Shown here: positions 37,423 through 46,779 of the stretch, one piece after another
How the letters are laid out: every line of letters starts with the position of its first letter
How positions within the stretch are numbered: position 1 is the first letter of the stretch
Virus record (IMG/VR): IMGVR_UViG_3300033182_000371
Span: 10,030 to 74,029 of that record
Direction: 5' to 3' (one strand)
Source of the DNA: a virus
DNA length: 64,000 bases
The notes under the pieces: generated by a model
What the model was told of the DNA's origin: nothing
Databases searched by the model: none
What the model saw: only the letters and a program-made list of their open reading frames with translations
Program-made: the position numbers and the translations under genes

Positions 37423-38363
37423 TTAAAGTTACACTCTACCATAATTTCAGTCAACGCCGCGAGGAGGTTGATCTCCTGGTCGGCAACAAATGCGATCTGA
37501 TACTGATACTTAGCAATAATGAGCACGGCAGCAGCAATAGAAGGGCCTTCAAGGGTGCTGTAAAGAGCATCGTAAACACGCCGCAGAAGTACACCAGGAT
37601 CATTATCCAGGTTAGAAACGACCCACTTACGGACAGACTGAAAGTCCTTTTGCTTAAGTTTTTGAATGAGATCATTTACTTTTACATCTCCAAAGGAAGC
37701 GAGAATAGCAGAGTCAATCTTACCCCCGACCGAGTAACGCTGGCACTCATTGAGCACACGACGCCAATCAGGGAAGTGCTTATTGACAAGTTCTACCAAG
37801 ACCTTGTTATCATATTCAACACCTTCTGCAACCAAGATTTCTTGGAGACGCTTGAAGAAGGATGCTGCGATTGCAGGTTTTTGGGTTCCGTTGATAGAAA
37901 ACTCAACGACTGCACAACGGGAGTGAAGGGGTTCAATGATTTTGTTTTTGTAGTTGCAAGTGAAGATGAATCTACAGTTGCCATAAAACGCCTCAATATT
38001 AGCCCGTAGGAGGAGCTGTACATCGTGGGTGGTGTTGTCAGCCTCGTCGATAATGATGACCTTGTGAGGTGCATCTGAAGAAAGTGAGACGGTCGAAGCA
38101 AAGTTCTTTGCTTGATTCCGTACAGTATCGAGAAATCTCCCTTCATCGGATCCATTGATAATAATGTAGTCACAGTTGAGTTGCTCACACAAAGCACGAG
38201 CAATGGTGGTCTTGCCACAACCAGCAGGACCCGCAAGAAGCAGGTTAGGAATCTCTCCCTGTGCTAGGAAATCATTGAATGTTTTCTTAGTTGATTCGGG
38301 AAGGATGCACTCATCAATAGTTTTGGGGCGATACTTTTCGACCCAGAGAAAATCACTACGCAT
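37419..38363 (-). CDS. g44: Clamp loader large subunit (gp44)
   Basis: LWVEKYRP, GPAGCGKT, DEAD, SRC. Confidence 0.97.
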   Translation of the reverse strand: MRSDFLWVEKYRPKTIDECILPESTKKTFNDFLAQGEIPNLLLAGPAGCGKTTIARALCEQLNCDYIIINGSDEGRFLDTVRNQAKNFASTVSLSSDAPHKVIIIDEADNTTHDVQLLLRANIEAFYGNCRFIFTCNYKNKIIEPLHSRCAVVEFSINGTQKPAIAASFFKRLQEILVAEGVEYDNKVLVELVNKHFPDWRRVLNECQRYSVGGKIDSAILASFGDVKVNDLIQKLKQKDFQSVRKWVVSNLDNDPGVLLRRVYDALYSTLEGPSIAAAVLIIAKYQYQIAFVADQEINLLAALTEIMVECNFK

Positions 38364-38550
38364 TATCAAGAACCTCAATGTGGGACAAAAACGATGGAGG
38401 CATATTCCACCATAATACCTGGGTATCTTCCCAGTTATCAAAGATTATAAAGTCACCATCAGCTTTGACTACTTTATAACGATGACGGAGATAAGGATCC
38501 TTGGATGTCTCAGTAAAATACCGAGAGTCATTCTTATCAATTAGTTTCAT
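38356..38550 (-). CDS. Hypothetical protein
   Basis: Packed ORF. Confidence 0.65.
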   Translation of the reverse strand: MKLIDKNDSRYFTETSKDPYLRHRYKVVKADGDFIIFDNWEDTQVLWWNMPPSFLSHIEVLDNA

Positions 38551-39095
38551 ATCAAATTGAATGAAATAATCACACGCTCCTCTTCGCTGTCATGCGGTGG
38601 TGCCATGTGCATTAGGTTCGATGGGAAAATTACCATGTCCCCTTCACTACAAGGAAAAGAAGAACACTGGTGAGTTCCTGTCTCGTCATTGAATGGCGAG
38701 AAGAAGAGAGTGCTCGGGTGTTCTGCATTCATTTTAGCATACAAAACACACGAATACCCCATACATCCATGATCATGTGGAGTATGATAATCTCTTGCAC
38801 TATACTTTTGGCACCACATATTTGCAATGCCTTTGAACTTATACTCAGCAATTTTATGAAATTCTGAGAGATATGGTTCTACAATTTTAATAACAGCATC
38901 TTGATACTCTGGTGTTTTGAACTCAAAGTAGTCAGTGTACTTGATATGCTTTTCTGCATTGTTTGTTTCGGGGATCATACCTAAGATATGATCCCGTTCT
39001 TTTGCCCACTCTTTTACATTGAAGTGAAAGACTGAAACTGTGAATAAGTCAACCTTCGTAAGTTGAGTCGGGTTCAAGTGCGATGTAGTAGTCAA
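38547..39095 (-). CDS. Putative 2OG-Fe(II) oxygenase (start uncertain)
   Basis: PHDH, EGDMVIFPSNLMH, RVIISFN. Confidence 0.75.
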   Translation of the reverse strand: MTTTSHLNPTQLTKVDLFTVSVFHFNVKEWAKERDHILGMIPETNNAEKHIKYTDYFEFKTPEYQDAVIKIVEPYLSEFHKIAEYKFKGIANMWCQKYSARDYHTPHDHGCMGYSCVLYAKMNAEHPSTLFFSPFNDETGTHQCSSFPCSEGDMVIFPSNLMHMAPPHDSEEERVIISFNLI

Positions 39096-39720
39096 GGTTG
39101 TAACTGTGATTGGTGAACTTGGAAAGCAATTTCTTAGAGATTACAACATCATAAGAACCAGGAATCAATTTAATGTTCTCGATCTTGAAGTTGAATTCAA
39201 AGGTCTTGTCAGTTTTACCAACGGTCAGGGCAAACTCATTAGAGTTATCGTTCTTCTTATCACGAACCATCAGGGTGATGGTTTCGCCGTCACCAACAGC
39301 AGCAAGGTCAGGCAACTGGTAGACAGAGGATGCCTTCAGCAGTTTCTGCAGTTGAGCACTTTCAAGTTGGAAGCAAACATCTTGAGAAGGAAGAGTGATT
39401 GCTTTCTCGGGAGGAGTGATAATGACCTCAGGATCAGCAAAGGCAAACTTGACCTTAGTAGTCTTACCCTCACGGATGATCATGTAAGAGTCATGCTTGA
39501 GGTCGATGTCAGGATCGTTCATCAGACCCACACCGTTCAGGAACTGAGGTAGGTCATAGATACCAAAGTCCTTTTCAAAGTTCTCGTCGATATCTGCTTC
39601 TGCGAGAATGTTCTTCATCACCGAGATAGTGCGAAGTTTAGATCCTTTCTTCACCAGAATAGACTGGTTAATAGAAGAAAAGTTTTCGAGAAGGTCAATA
39701 GTTTTTTCAGAAAGTTTCAT
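39049..39720 (-). CDS. g45: Sliding clamp (gp45)
   Basis: NFSSINQSI, IYDLPQFL, YYIALE. Confidence 0.95.
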   Translation of the reverse strand: MKLSEKTIDLLENFSSINQSILVKKGSKLRTISVMKNILAEADIDENFEKDFGIYDLPQFLNGVGLMNDPDIDLKHDSYMIIREGKTTKVKFAFADPEVIITPPEKAITLPSQDVCFQLESAQLQKLLKASSVYQLPDLAAVGDGETITLMVRDKKNDNSNEFALTVGKTDKTFEFNFKIENIKLIPGSYDVVISKKLLSKFTNHSYNLDYYIALEPDSTYEG

Positions 39721-40153
39721 ATCCACGCTCAGTAGTCTCCTTGTCTAGTCCAGCGAAGTGATAAAGAAGAACAGCATAGTGAATGATCTTCTTGATGTCC
39801 ATTTTAGCAGATCCCTTCTTATCGTAGCGGGATGCATACTTTAAAATATTGCTACGGCAGAAAGCAGCAGCATCTCCACAGGAGTCAATCAGATCAAGAG
39901 TCTGAGTGCCGCTGCCAGAGTTATAGTGAGCACGATAGGTCTCACTAATATAATCCTTCACTTCTTGAAGGATTTTGTCTTCATTGTATTTGTACACAGA
40001 GTTGTTAGGGGTTGTAATCTTAAGTTCAACAGCTGTTGCGTAATCAGGACTGTTAGAAGCAGGAGTCCATTCGTAACCGCCATTGGCAGCAATAAATGCC
40101 TGTTCGTCTTCAGGACCGTACATTTCGTCGTATAAAAAAGACCATGCTGTCAT
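39707..40153 (-). CDS. DUF3310-like protein
   Basis: HY...FCRSNILKYASRYDKKG. Confidence 0.7.
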   Translation of the reverse strand: MTAWSFLYDEMYGPEDEQAFIAANGGYEWTPASNSPDYATAVELKITTPNNSVYKYNEDKILQEVKDYISETYRAHYNSGSGTQTLDLIDSCGDAAAFCRSNILKYASRYDKKGSAKMDIKKIIHYAVLLYHFAGLDKETTERGYETF

Positions 40154-40165
40154 TGTAGCATCTCC

Positions 40166-40768
40166 TCAATGAAATTGCAAATCAAAAATATTGAAACTCA
40201 TTGTAATTCGAGTTACATCACTTGTAAAGGGATACACGCAATGCTTTAGATCTGCAGGGAAGACGAATATCTGTCCCGTCTTTGGAGTAATTTTGTACGA
40301 TCCGTTCGACATAAAACTCTTAGGACCATAAACAAATTCCAACATTCCAGGAGAAGGACAATTTGTTTTGTCTTCCCAGAAGACATGTTCTTTTTCTATT
40401 TCTTCTGGAATGTCAATGAATATTACTGCACTGAGAACTCCATCATGAACATGTATTGGATTAAACTCATGCTTCTTTTGATAGTTAATCCAAGGACCAT
40501 TTCCAAGATCATATGAAATCGAATCGGGTGGTTCTCTGTCACCATATCTTTTGAAGTTACTATCAACATATTCTTTTATATGAGGATAGATGTAATCAAC
40601 AAAAGTATTTGGTTGCAGTACAGCAGTTCTTTGATTTACTATGTTTCCTGCCAGATCGGATATGTGACTTGCATCTACAGAATTCTGAGCACCTTCTTTA
40701 AGGAAGGAAAGAAACTCCTCAGATATATCTGCGACATATAGTGAAGGACCAAAAGGATTAATCAGCAT
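40166..40768 (-). CDS. Putative 2OG-Fe(II) oxygenase
   Basis: NPIHVH, FPADLKHCVYPF, RITMSFN. Confidence 0.8.
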   Translation of the reverse strand: MLINPFGPSLYVADISEEFLSFLKEGAQNSVDASHISDLAGNIVNQRTAVLQPNTFVDYIYPHIKEYVDSNFKRYGDREPPDSISYDLGNGPWINYQKKHEFNPIHVHDGVLSAVIFIDIPEEIEKEHVFWEDKTNCPSPGMLEFVYGPKSFMSNGSYKITPKTGQIFVFPADLKHCVYPFTSDVTRITMSFNIFDLQFH

Positions 40769-41880
40769 CAGGAAAGGTCTCCCACAGAACTTTCTTGTAC
40801 TCCTTCCACAGGTTTTGCGAAATCGACATCTGCATCAACTTTATCGTAAAGGTCAAGGAAAGCACTCTTGGTCTCATCGTCAAAACGATTCAAGCAAACT
40901 TCAATTGCTTTTTGCTTGTCATTCCAGATGGAGAATGCACGAACAATGTGAACAAGACGACGAGTAGAGATGATTTCATCAACGCCACCATCGTAGAAAG
41001 TCTTACGAATGATGTCTGCCCAGTCAGTCAGACGCTTACAGAAATCACGATCTTCCATACCAAGATCCAGAGAAATACCTTCAAGGATTTTCTGTTCGGT
41101 CTTAGGAGTCGGATACTCCTGCTCAAAGGTCACAGGGAAACGCTCTAGGAATGCTTCGTTCAGAACATTAGTGCCAATGAAACGACCGTCATCAGAACCC
41201 TTACCTTTGGTATTGGCAGTAGCAATGACATTGAAACCAGCAGCAGGAGTCACTTGCTTACCGATTTTCTTCAAGAAGACACCCTTACCTTCCAGAATAG
41301 ATTGCAGGCACAGGATCTTGTTGGAAGCAAGGTCGATTTCGTCTAGAAGCAGCACAGCTCCGCGTGAAAGAGCCTCCACGACGGGTCCATTATGCCAGAC
41401 AGTTTCGCCATTAACAAGACGAAACCCACCAATAAGATCATCCTCGTCAGTCTCAATGGTGATGTTCACACGAATGAGCTCCCTATTTAGTTGAGCACAT
41501 GCCTGCTCTACGCTAAAGGTCTTACCGTTACCAGAGAGACCAGTGATAAAAGCAGGGTAAAAGATACCAGACTGAATAATCTTTTTAATATCTGCAAAGT
41601 TACCAAACTTGACGAAGGTATCATCTTTTTGAGGTACGAGATTTTGTTGTTCCTGAGCAGGAACAATTGCAGCAGGTGACTGGTAGGTTTGCTCCATTTG
41701 TTCCCGAACGGTAAGGTCCCAAACACCACGCTTAACTTTGAATTGCTCAAGTTTCTTGGTGGCGGTGGGATAAGAAATACCTTGGGCAGCACAATACCCA
41801 CGGACATCAGCAGCAGTGATGTGGTCTCCGAAGGAATCACGGAGAGAGTTGATCAGGTGTTCAGAAGTCAAGCGAGACAT
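40768..41880 (-). CDS. cobS: CobS/MoxR-like AAA+ ATPase
   Basis: GLSGNGKT, LLLDEID, TANTKGKG, AFLERF. Confidence 0.92.
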   Translation of the reverse strand: MSRLTSEHLINSLRDSFGDHITAADVRGYCAAQGISYPTATKKLEQFKVKRGVWDLTVREQMEQTYQSPAAIVPAQEQQNLVPQKDDTFVKFGNFADIKKIIQSGIFYPAFITGLSGNGKTFSVEQACAQLNRELIRVNITIETDEDDLIGGFRLVNGETVWHNGPVVEALSRGAVLLLDEIDLASNKILCLQSILEGKGVFLKKIGKQVTPAAGFNVIATANTKGKGSDDGRFIGTNVLNEAFLERFPVTFEQEYPTPKTEQKILEGISLDLGMEDRDFCKRLTDWADIIRKTFYDGGVDEIISTRRLVHIVRAFSIWNDKQKAIEVCLNRFDDETKSAFLDLYDKVDADVDFAKPVEGVQESSVGDLS

Positions 41881-41903
41881 TAGATTTCCTTTGGTATGTA
41901 TAC

Positions 41904-41952
41904 ATTATAGCGTGGGGGTGGTGGTTCACCGACCCCCTGTGGACAGTTTGTC
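41904..41952 (-). promoter_or_regulatory. Early-type promoter: GACA/TGTC dyad, GC hairpin, TATAAT
   Basis: GACAAACTGTCCAC-GGGGG..CCCCC-TATAATGTATACA. Confidence 0.55.
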
Positions 41953-44071
41953 AGGCGACCAACGCAATGAACTCGTTCAACACACGCTTGTTCATTTTCT
42001 TATTCGCTAGAGACTTCCTAAAAGCACTCTTAATTTGAGACTTAGATGCATCATCAGATACTTCAAATTCAGAACTTTGAGAAAGAACTTGATTGCCAAG
42101 AACAATGTAAGAATTATATCCATAATCCTTAATGGTGAAGGATTTTTCTTTCTTCCATTGAGTACGAGCTTTCTCTTGATCCAAGTACTCAGGAATATAA
42201 GAGTAGATCATAGAGTTGTAACTACATCCAGGTCCAATGATACGGAACCCAACAAAGTTAACTTCGGAAAATGTTGACTTAAGATCATCAAGGAGTGCTT
42301 TGGTGAAAAGGTGATAGATCATTGACAGACGAGTAATTTCTCCAGTCTTGTGATTACGCAAGAAAGTTTGATCAGTACACCGACGATTACGAATCTGTGC
42401 TTCTCCTTCCCAGTTACGCTGAAGCATTACAGTACGAGAAAGTGGAGATGCTTCACCATCAGTCAAAATAACACAATTAACCTTTTCAAGACCATGCATT
42501 TTCTTGAAACTAGGAATAATTTTATGAAGAGTTAGCAGTGCTTCATTCAAAGGAGTGCCAGAAAGATACATCCGAGGAGGACAAACCCCAGAATAATCAG
42601 TGAATGAATGTGCAATATTCCAAATGTTCTTCATTTGCTGTTCAGCAACAGCATTACTCACCTTACTAGTGAGAATATTCATCATAGAAAAAGAATCTCC
42701 AATATGAAATTTGTCTTCCTCAAGAGGAAGAGTGGGAAATTCCTTTGCCCTGTAATTCCACTCATTAGTGAAAGCAAATACATCATATGGAATACCAACC
42801 TTCCTACAGAACCAGATCAAGTTATACAGTTGCTTGAGAGTAGAGACAAGAACATCCGCCATAGATCCAGACCAGTCAAGCACAAATACCAGACCATGAT
42901 TCTTGCCGTCAGGAATGACGGTTACTTTTTTGAAGAGGTCTTCATTGTACTTGTAGGTATGAAGTTTGGAACAGTCAAGAACACCAGTGCGAGAAGTAGT
43001 AGCACGAGCATATGCAGCAGCAGACTTCTTACATTCAAATTCTTTCACAAGATAGTTGACTTCTTTTGCAGATTCTTTTTTGAACTTGACATAGTTGTCA
43101 TGATGAATCCCAGCAAGACGCTCAATAAATTCCAGAGACCGTCCCCTCCACTCATCCCAAACAGATTCAATATACTCATGAATCTCTTTGGTGGGAATAA
43201 TAATATGCTCCATATCCATGCTAGGAATAGAAACATATGAAATGAAGTTGTCACTAGTATCAGCAAGTTCACGCAACTTATCTGCTAGTGAGTCAACAGT
43301 TTTAGTTTCATTCTCATTGACAGCAGTGTTGTTTTCTTCTGAAAGGTTACCGTCCTCTTCAGACTCAGATTCTTCTGACTTGTCCTCTCCTTCACCACTG
43401 TCCTCAGAATCGCCAGCAGGAGTCTCCTGCTGCTGAGGCATTGATTGCATACCCTCTCCACCATCAGAACCCGTTGCAGACGATTGTGGTGGGGTGACAG
43501 GTTCGGTTTCAGACGAAGTAAACTCATCAGCATACTCACTAATCATACGAGCAGCATCTAGAGCATCATCAAAGGACTCTGCATTGGCAACTGCATTAAT
43601 GATTTGCATTTCCCTGTCGTTCTTAACAGGGACTTTGATGTAATTACCAATCTTGAACCAGAGATTTACGCGATCAGCGAAAGAGAACTTGTTAAGATCT
43701 TCTCCCTCCAGTTCAAAGAAATCTTGATCTTGGAGATTGGAGTACCCACGATAGAAAGTTTTGCTCAGACCAGCATAACGACGCTTGATCAATTTCTCAA
43801 TGCGAGCATCCTCAGTGATGTTCACAAAGTTTTGAGGAACATTCTTCCACTTCTCTTCTTTATCCCAAGGACGAGGGTCAGTGAACAATGCATGACCAAC
43901 CTCATGTGCAACGAGGAGATCATACACATCCTCAGAGGAGATCTTCCAAACAGGGAGAGTCAGGACACGACGAACGACATCAAACTGAGCGGTCTCTACA
44001 TTGCGGTGCTCGATGATCAGGTTCTCAGTAGCGAGCAGTTTAGCAAGTTTGCCTTTGACTTCGTGCAGCAT
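41951..44071 (-). CDS. CobT-like VWA protein with N-terminal metallopeptidase motif
   Basis: HEVGH, EDARIE, LDWSGSM (MIDAS), GTPL, LTDGE. Confidence 0.85.
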   Translation of the reverse strand: MLHEVKGKLAKLLATENLIIEHRNVETAQFDVVRRVLTLPVWKISSEDVYDLLVAHEVGHALFTDPRPWDKEEKWKNVPQNFVNITEDARIEKLIKRRYAGLSKTFYRGYSNLQDQDFFELEGEDLNKFSFADRVNLWFKIGNYIKVPVKNDREMQIINAVANAESFDDALDAARMISEYADEFTSSETEPVTPPQSSATGSDGGEGMQSMPQQQETPAGDSEDSGEGEDKSEESESEEDGNLSEENNTAVNENETKTVDSLADKLRELADTSDNFISYVSIPSMDMEHIIIPTKEIHEYIESVWDEWRGRSLEFIERLAGIHHDNYVKFKKESAKEVNYLVKEFECKKSAAAYARATTSRTGVLDCSKLHTYKYNEDLFKKVTVIPDGKNHGLVFVLDWSGSMADVLVSTLKQLYNLIWFCRKVGIPYDVFAFTNEWNYRAKEFPTLPLEEDKFHIGDSFSMMNILTSKVSNAVAEQQMKNIWNIAHSFTDYSGVCPPRMYLSGTPLNEALLTLHKIIPSFKKMHGLEKVNCVILTDGEASPLSRTVMLQRNWEGEAQIRNRRCTDQTFLRNHKTGEITRLSMIYHLFTKALLDDLKSTFSEVNFVGFRIIGPGCSYNSMIYSYIPEYLDQEKARTQWKKEKSFTIKDYGYNSYIVLGNQVLSQSSEFEVSDDASKSQIKSAFRKSLANKKMNKRVLNEFIALVA

Positions 44072-44240
44072 GGATCTCCTCCTGTATGCACCTATTATAA
44101 AACCCCTGGCGTTTGCCAGAGGTTTGCATGTGACACTTTTTAAAGTGTCTTAGCCTCGCCTTTGCCTGGCGAAGTGCTTGTGGTTTTAGTTTGCGCTTTT
44201 GTTCTTTCTTGGAGTGGTGTTGCCAGTTTGGAGTGTTCAT
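44040..44240 (-). CDS. Small basic hypothetical protein
   Basis: PNWQHHSKKEQKRKLKPQALRQAK. Confidence 0.55.
   Translation of the reverse strand: MNTPNWQHHSKKEQKRKLKPQALRQAKARLRHFKKCHMQTSGKRQGFYNRCIQEEIHAARSQRQTC
44094..44149 (-). promoter_or_regulatory. Early-type promoter: dyad, hairpin, TATAAT
   Basis: GACACTT-TAAA-AAGTGTC; CTGGC-AAAC-GCCAG; TATAAT; SD GGAGG. Confidence 0.55.
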
Positions 44241-44262
44241 GGCACTATGCGAGAGAATCTTT

Positions 44263-44793
44263 TTATCTTATCATACAAGCAACCGTCACTCTCCAAAATG
44301 GAGTATCTACTTTGATCGGAAGAGCATCATGCAGTTCATTTGATCTGAACACAACAAAATCTCCAGGTTCAAAAGTATATATACGATCTTCGATTTGTAG
44401 TTCTCCGCCCCAGGAAGGATCCCATTGAGGTGATAAGAATCCAACGATGCTCCAAGTATACTTTCCCTTAGCATCACCGTCAGTATGGAACAAAGAGATG
44501 TTACCCTTTCTCTGTGCATTGAATCCTACTGCACCAAGACCACCAACGGGAAGAACAAATCCATACTCTTCCTCAATCTGGTCCCTAATCCTACTCATCA
44601 GAGATACGAAGTATCCAGCAAGGAAGGGACTGTGGATACCATTAGCATCCATGGCAACTGCCCTTGGATAATGAGTGAGAGGATCATCACTGCCAGCATA
44701 GGCACCACCGATCTTCCAGATCGATTCTCCCATTAAGTGACCATATAACTGATCGATGTCACCTTTACTTAAAACATTTTTCGCAATGTACAT
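44263..44793 (-). CDS. 2OG-Fe(II) oxygenase
   Basis: FHTD, WGGEL, LHDA, WRVT. Confidence 0.85.
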   Translation of the reverse strand: MYIAKNVLSKGDIDQLYGHLMGESIWKIGGAYAGSDDPLTHYPRAVAMDANGIHSPFLAGYFVSLMSRIRDQIEEEYGFVLPVGGLGAVGFNAQRKGNISLFHTDGDAKGKYTWSIVGFLSPQWDPSWGGELQIEDRIYTFEPGDFVVFRSNELHDALPIKVDTPFWRVTVACMIR

Positions 44794-46523
44794 TATCCAT
44801 TAACCAAAGATTTTTCAGACATGTAAGAGAATCCACCCTTCTTGGAGAACTCAATTACATTATTAAATTTATCTAGCATATCTCCTTTATGAGATATGAC
44901 AAAAGTGTTTGCGTCTTGAATGACATACCTGATAATCTTGGTAAACTCATCTGTACCAACAGTATCAAGTGAACTGTCAAACACTTCATCTAGGATGAGA
45001 AGATTTGTGTTTGCCGAGTTTTTGAACCTGGCAACTTCTCTCCAAGCGAAAAGAAGTGCCAGGTCAATTCTCATCTTCTCCCCCTCAGAAAACGAGGAAT
45101 AGGTGAACTTGTCGTGAACAGGACTTTGAATGGTCTCGTTAAACTCTTCATCAAGATGGAAGTTAATATAAAAGTCCATCATCTGAAGATAACGGTTAAC
45201 TTGCTTATTGATGAGAGGAAGATACTTTTTGATTATCTTTGCTTTTACTCCGCCGTCCTTAAGGAGCGAGTACGCGAAATCGTTGTATTTTACTTCCTCG
45301 TTCTTTTCAGCAAGTTTCCCGTAGATTATTTGGAGATCATTCTTGAATCCTTCTAACTTCTCATGCTCAGAATTTCTGTTTTGTAGCTGACTGGTAAGAA
45401 TTTGAATTTCTGATTGTAGATCTCCGACCTGTCGCTGATACCCAGCAATCCGAACATTGTTTTGAGAAATGTCATGCGTTAGACTAGTAACCTCCGAGGA
45501 CAGTTTAGTGAAAAGACGCTCTCTGTTCTCTTCCTCTTTTATCGACTCCTCCAGTTTTGTGAAACCTTCTTTGAGTTCCTTTGCCTTATTTTGAGCGTCT
45601 TTAATTTTATTTAGACGGAATTCCTCTTCAATCGACTGAGTACAAGTTGGGCATACCGTATTCTCAGTAAAGAACTGATGTTCTCTGGTAATGGTTGTAA
45701 CTTTCTGTGAGATTTTGCCTCTAAGATTACCTAATTTGCGAAGTTGTTGTGTGGAATTCTTGACACCCTCCATCTCCACAGAAAGAGATTCAATCTGTTT
45801 AGAGAGATCCTCATTTTTTTCATTAAGAAGATTACTATCAAGAGTAAGTTTTTCAATCTTAGACTTATCTTCTTCGATTCTAGTCTTGTGACGATTCTCC
45901 AGGTCCTCAATGAACCCTTCTTGCATCTTAATCTTATCCTTGATGTTTTCTTTCTTCAAGGTTAGACTCTTGATGACTTCCTTAGACTGCCGTATTTCCT
46001 CCTTGAGGATGTTATTCATGGCAGAGAAGATACGAATATCCAAAAGGTCTTCGATGACCTCTCTACGGTGCGCCTGGGCGAGCTGCATGAATGGCACGAA
46101 GTTGCTGCTACCCAGAATCACAATCTGAGTAAAAGACTTATAGTTGAGTTTGAGGATTTGTTCTTCTAGAATCTTTTGGTTAGAGCGATCATCTGCCTCC
46201 TTATTTCTCATCTCGCCGTTCACAAGGATGTCAAACACATTAGGTTTGATACCACGACGAACAAGATAATTCTTAGGACCAACAGAGAACTCAACTTCTA
46301 CTAGGCACCCCTTTTCGTTGGTGCTATTTACAAGTTGGGGTTTGTTAATTTTACGATATGGTTTGTTGAACAGAGAGAAACACAAAGCATCGAGCATTGT
46401 GGACTTACCTGCACCATTAGTTCCAACAATCAGAGTCGTAGAAGATTTATTCAGAGAAATTTCAGTCCACTGATCGCCAGTAGAAAGAAAATTCTTCCAC
46501 CTAATTTTTTCAAATGTTATCAT
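44793..46523 (-). CDS. g46: Recombination endonuclease subunit, Rad50-like (gp46)
   Basis: GTNGAGKS, CPTC hook, FSEGEK, LDEVFD. Confidence 0.97.
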   Translation of the reverse strand: MITFEKIRWKNFLSTGDQWTEISLNKSSTTLIVGTNGAGKSTMLDALCFSLFNKPYRKINKPQLVNSTNEKGCLVEVEFSVGPKNYLVRRGIKPNVFDILVNGEMRNKEADDRSNQKILEEQILKLNYKSFTQIVILGSSNFVPFMQLAQAHRREVIEDLLDIRIFSAMNNILKEEIRQSKEVIKSLTLKKENIKDKIKMQEGFIEDLENRHKTRIEEDKSKIEKLTLDSNLLNEKNEDLSKQIESLSVEMEGVKNSTQQLRKLGNLRGKISQKVTTITREHQFFTENTVCPTCTQSIEEEFRLNKIKDAQNKAKELKEGFTKLEESIKEEENRERLFTKLSSEVTSLTHDISQNNVRIAGYQRQVGDLQSEIQILTSQLQNRNSEHEKLEGFKNDLQIIYGKLAEKNEEVKYNDFAYSLLKDGGVKAKIIKKYLPLINKQVNRYLQMMDFYINFHLDEEFNETIQSPVHDKFTYSSFSEGEKMRIDLALLFAWREVARFKNSANTNLLILDEVFDSSLDTVGTDEFTKIIRYVIQDANTFVISHKGDMLDKFNNVIEFSKKGGFSYMSEKSLVNG

Positions 46524-46779
46524 CTTGAGATGGCGGGATCACAATATCCTCAGGTGTAATAATAGTGTACTTGTAATTATACAGCTCGCACGCTTTTATT
46601 GCAACTTCTTCGTCAACTTCCACAGTCATCATTTCTACACCATGATCTTCTTCTAATTGCATGGCATATCTTTCAGCATCGTCCTCTTCTTCAAACATAA
46701 AGAGAACTTTATCCCCACTCTTATCCTTTACGGCATAAGCACCTTCGTCCTTTTTATCTTTTTCCGAAAGAAGAAACAT
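46510..46779 (-). CDS. Hypothetical protein
   Basis: FEEEDDAERY; between g47 and g46. Confidence 0.75.
   Translation of the reverse strand: MFLLSEKDKKDEGAYAVKDKSGDKVLFMFEEEDDAERYAMQLEEDHGVEMMTVEVDEEVAIKACELYNYKYTIITPEDIVIPPSQDDNI

Noticed and set aside
40768-44071. cobS and cobT-like genes as cobalamin biosynthesis
   Set aside because: No cobN or other cob genes in the window; a MoxR/VWA chaperone-like pair is more plausible
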